A model generated the notes under the pieces. That model did not search any database. It was not told the DNA's origin and worked only from the letters and a program-made list of their open reading frames with translations. The position numbers and the translations under genes are program-made. From contig NW_002060947.1 of the NCBI RefSeq assembly GCF_000150275.1, positions 790,695-854,694 of the forward strand: a stretch of 64,000 nt of DNA. Reading direction: 5' to 3'. Positions 61,801 through 64,000 of the stretch are shown one piece after another. Position 1 is the first letter of the stretch; each line of letters starts with the position of its first letter. This DNA comes from Trichoplax adhaerens. Its lineage: Eukaryota > Animalia > Placozoa.

Positions 61801-64000
61801 TTTATTCATTTATCAAGTTGTGTCTTAATTGTGATACAATTTATAAATCGCTTACTCTCTACTTCGTGCCTTTCTCTCTTCGTTAGCTTTGGGATGCGTT
61901 GAAAGAACGTATGAGAGATAAAAAGGTAAATACAGCTGTATCATTCTTTATAGTACCTACATTATCTATACACCGGATGGATGATGTGCTAAATTGTGAT
62001 ACTTTTGTACTCCCTAATTACAGTGGATTGTCAGAAAGGAAGCTATGATAAAAATTGCAGCCTTGTATAAATCATTTAAAACCAAGTAATGTTCTTAAAC
62101 CATCTACATTGTGATAGCTGTAATTTGTATTAATATATTGCTAAATCAAATAGGAATGAAAAGAATAAATACCATAAAGAATTGCAGTGGATGCCGAATA
62201 AATTATTGCATTGTTACTATCAGCCAGGAATTGAAGATAGGTAGGATGTTACTGGTGAAAATTATTAAACGTAGATCTTAACTAAAGGGGTAATGAACGG
62301 AATGCCATACCTGAAAATGTTACAGGATTTTCGTTGAAAAGATTTTTCGAACTGCATTAATACCATGCAATTTAAAGGCAAATGATAAAATTTTGCAATT
62401 GCTTAACCTTCAGAAAGTACTTGATGATCATGCCCTCAGGTAAAATTAAAACATTGAACTGTAAGATTGTATTTCCGAAAATAATTTTCACAATAGAAAA
62501 ATATTTATATCTACAGAGCCTTAAATGAAATTTTCAGATCAAAAGCTATGTAAGTAAATATGCTTTGATAAAATTATTCGGTACAAATAAGTGACTAGCG
62601 ATCAATATTAGTTACCTTTTTGTTTTCGTTTTGATCATTTTCAAAGTATGAGGAAGCACATGATGGAGTTTATTCAATTAGTCGACAAAGCGAAGGTATT
62701 ATATTATGTAAACTTTTCTATTTGTGACGGATTTATTCATTAATTGTTAACATTGACAGTTGGAACCCGATAACGAAGATATGGAACCGAAAACGTTAGC
62801 AAAGAAAATGGTCTTATCAAGTATGCTTCATATTTTACATTCATTATTTGAAAGCTGCACCTGCTATATCAGGTTATTTACCTTTTAAATTTCAGAAATG
62901 TTTCCAGATTCTAGTAAAGCACATGACCAATTTAGATACATAGCCGACAGCTTGTATGATCAATTCTTTTGTAACACATTCAAGAAATGCTTTGACCCTA
63001 AAACTGATTGCGAAAAGACTTTGCAAGCAGAGGTAAAATTCGATTTGTAGTGGGCTACCATTGCCATGGACGAAGCTTACGTTTTAATTTTTCCTCTTCT
63101 TTACAGGTTGATATTTTAAAGGATTTAAGCTCAAGACGTATTTCGCCAGAGTGGATGCAAATCCTATTCGATCGTTGTACTTCTGTGACTTTTGATGGTG
63201 CTACTGTGCAATTTTTAGTCAAGCAAATACCGAAGATTGCCAAGAGTATGTCTGCTGATGATCAGCAAAAACTTGCGCAGAATGACAGCGGAAGCAATGA
63301 ATTTAGTAGATGCACTCAGATGTTACAGGTGAATATTATGTATTGCAGATTATAACATGGCTATTCACGTATTAATAAGCTAATAAAAGAACTTCATCTA
63401 AGTTTATTCTTGAAAAATTTATTCAGAGCGTGAGTATTTTAATGCCAACACTATTTACTTCCAAATCTTGCCAAGAAGAAATTTTACAAATGTTAGAAAG
63501 CCAAATGATATCTATAGGTAAGCTAAACATGATAGGTTGAGCAAAATAATATTCGGATGTATCGAAATAATTAAGATTCTATTTTCAGTTGACTTAGCTT
63601 TGCGCGTTTTGGTTAATTGTGCGAAAGAAATAAAAATTGATGAATGCCCTGTTAAATCGTAAGTAACTTACTTGCCGCTTAGATTACGCGTTTAGAGATG
63701 GACTGAAAAGCGAACATCTATCTATTTAGGTTTTTTCAACCAAAACTTATAAAATTCGCCACAAATGGCACCCCGGCACAGGCCAAACTATCCATGAAGT
63801 GTATAGCTACTCTCTGTAAAGATAGTGTGGTAATCATGGAAAGAATTCATGGGGTAAAAATTTGTAATTAATCGTAAATATGTTAAAAAATAAAAATTTG
63901 ATGATCTTTTACTATGATTCATACTTATTAAATACTTTGTATTTCTTTTATACGTAAGACATTGTTAAAATCACTACAAGTAGAATCTAAAATGCTATTG
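58872..64000 (+). CDS. PDS5: Sister chromatid cohesion protein PDS5, 5' part (runs off the window)
   Basis: [118 protein letters not shown]. Confidence 0.95.

Overview
AT-rich, gene-dense eukaryotic DNA with short GT-AG introns. The compact architecture and gene set fit an early-branching animal, most plausibly a placozoan such as Trichoplax (inference, not verified). Gene order: intronless clan-3 cytochrome P450 (-), Furry/FRY (+), a decayed LRR(-GPCR?) relic (-), ALKBH1 (-), TIMM8 (+), a single-exon iodothyronine deiodinase selenoprotein (-), two tandem tryptophan 2,3-dioxygenase paralogs (+), centrin (-), a 77-aa microprotein (-), and the 5' part of PDS5 (+). There are four main highlights. 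(1) The second TDO paralog has an intact frame but has lost the proximal heme His and the GTGG loop, suggesting a TDO enzyme/pseudoenzyme pair. (2) The deiodinase has an in-frame UGA in an unusual SYTU motif and two tandem SECIS elements with compensatory base changes. (3) The microprotein looks like a free-standing homolog of the vertebrate SLC35A4 uORF product. (4) TACAG/CTGTA arrays mark the 5' ends of several housekeeping genes. All exon assemblies and family comparisons were done by hand against remembered reference sequences and need confirmation.
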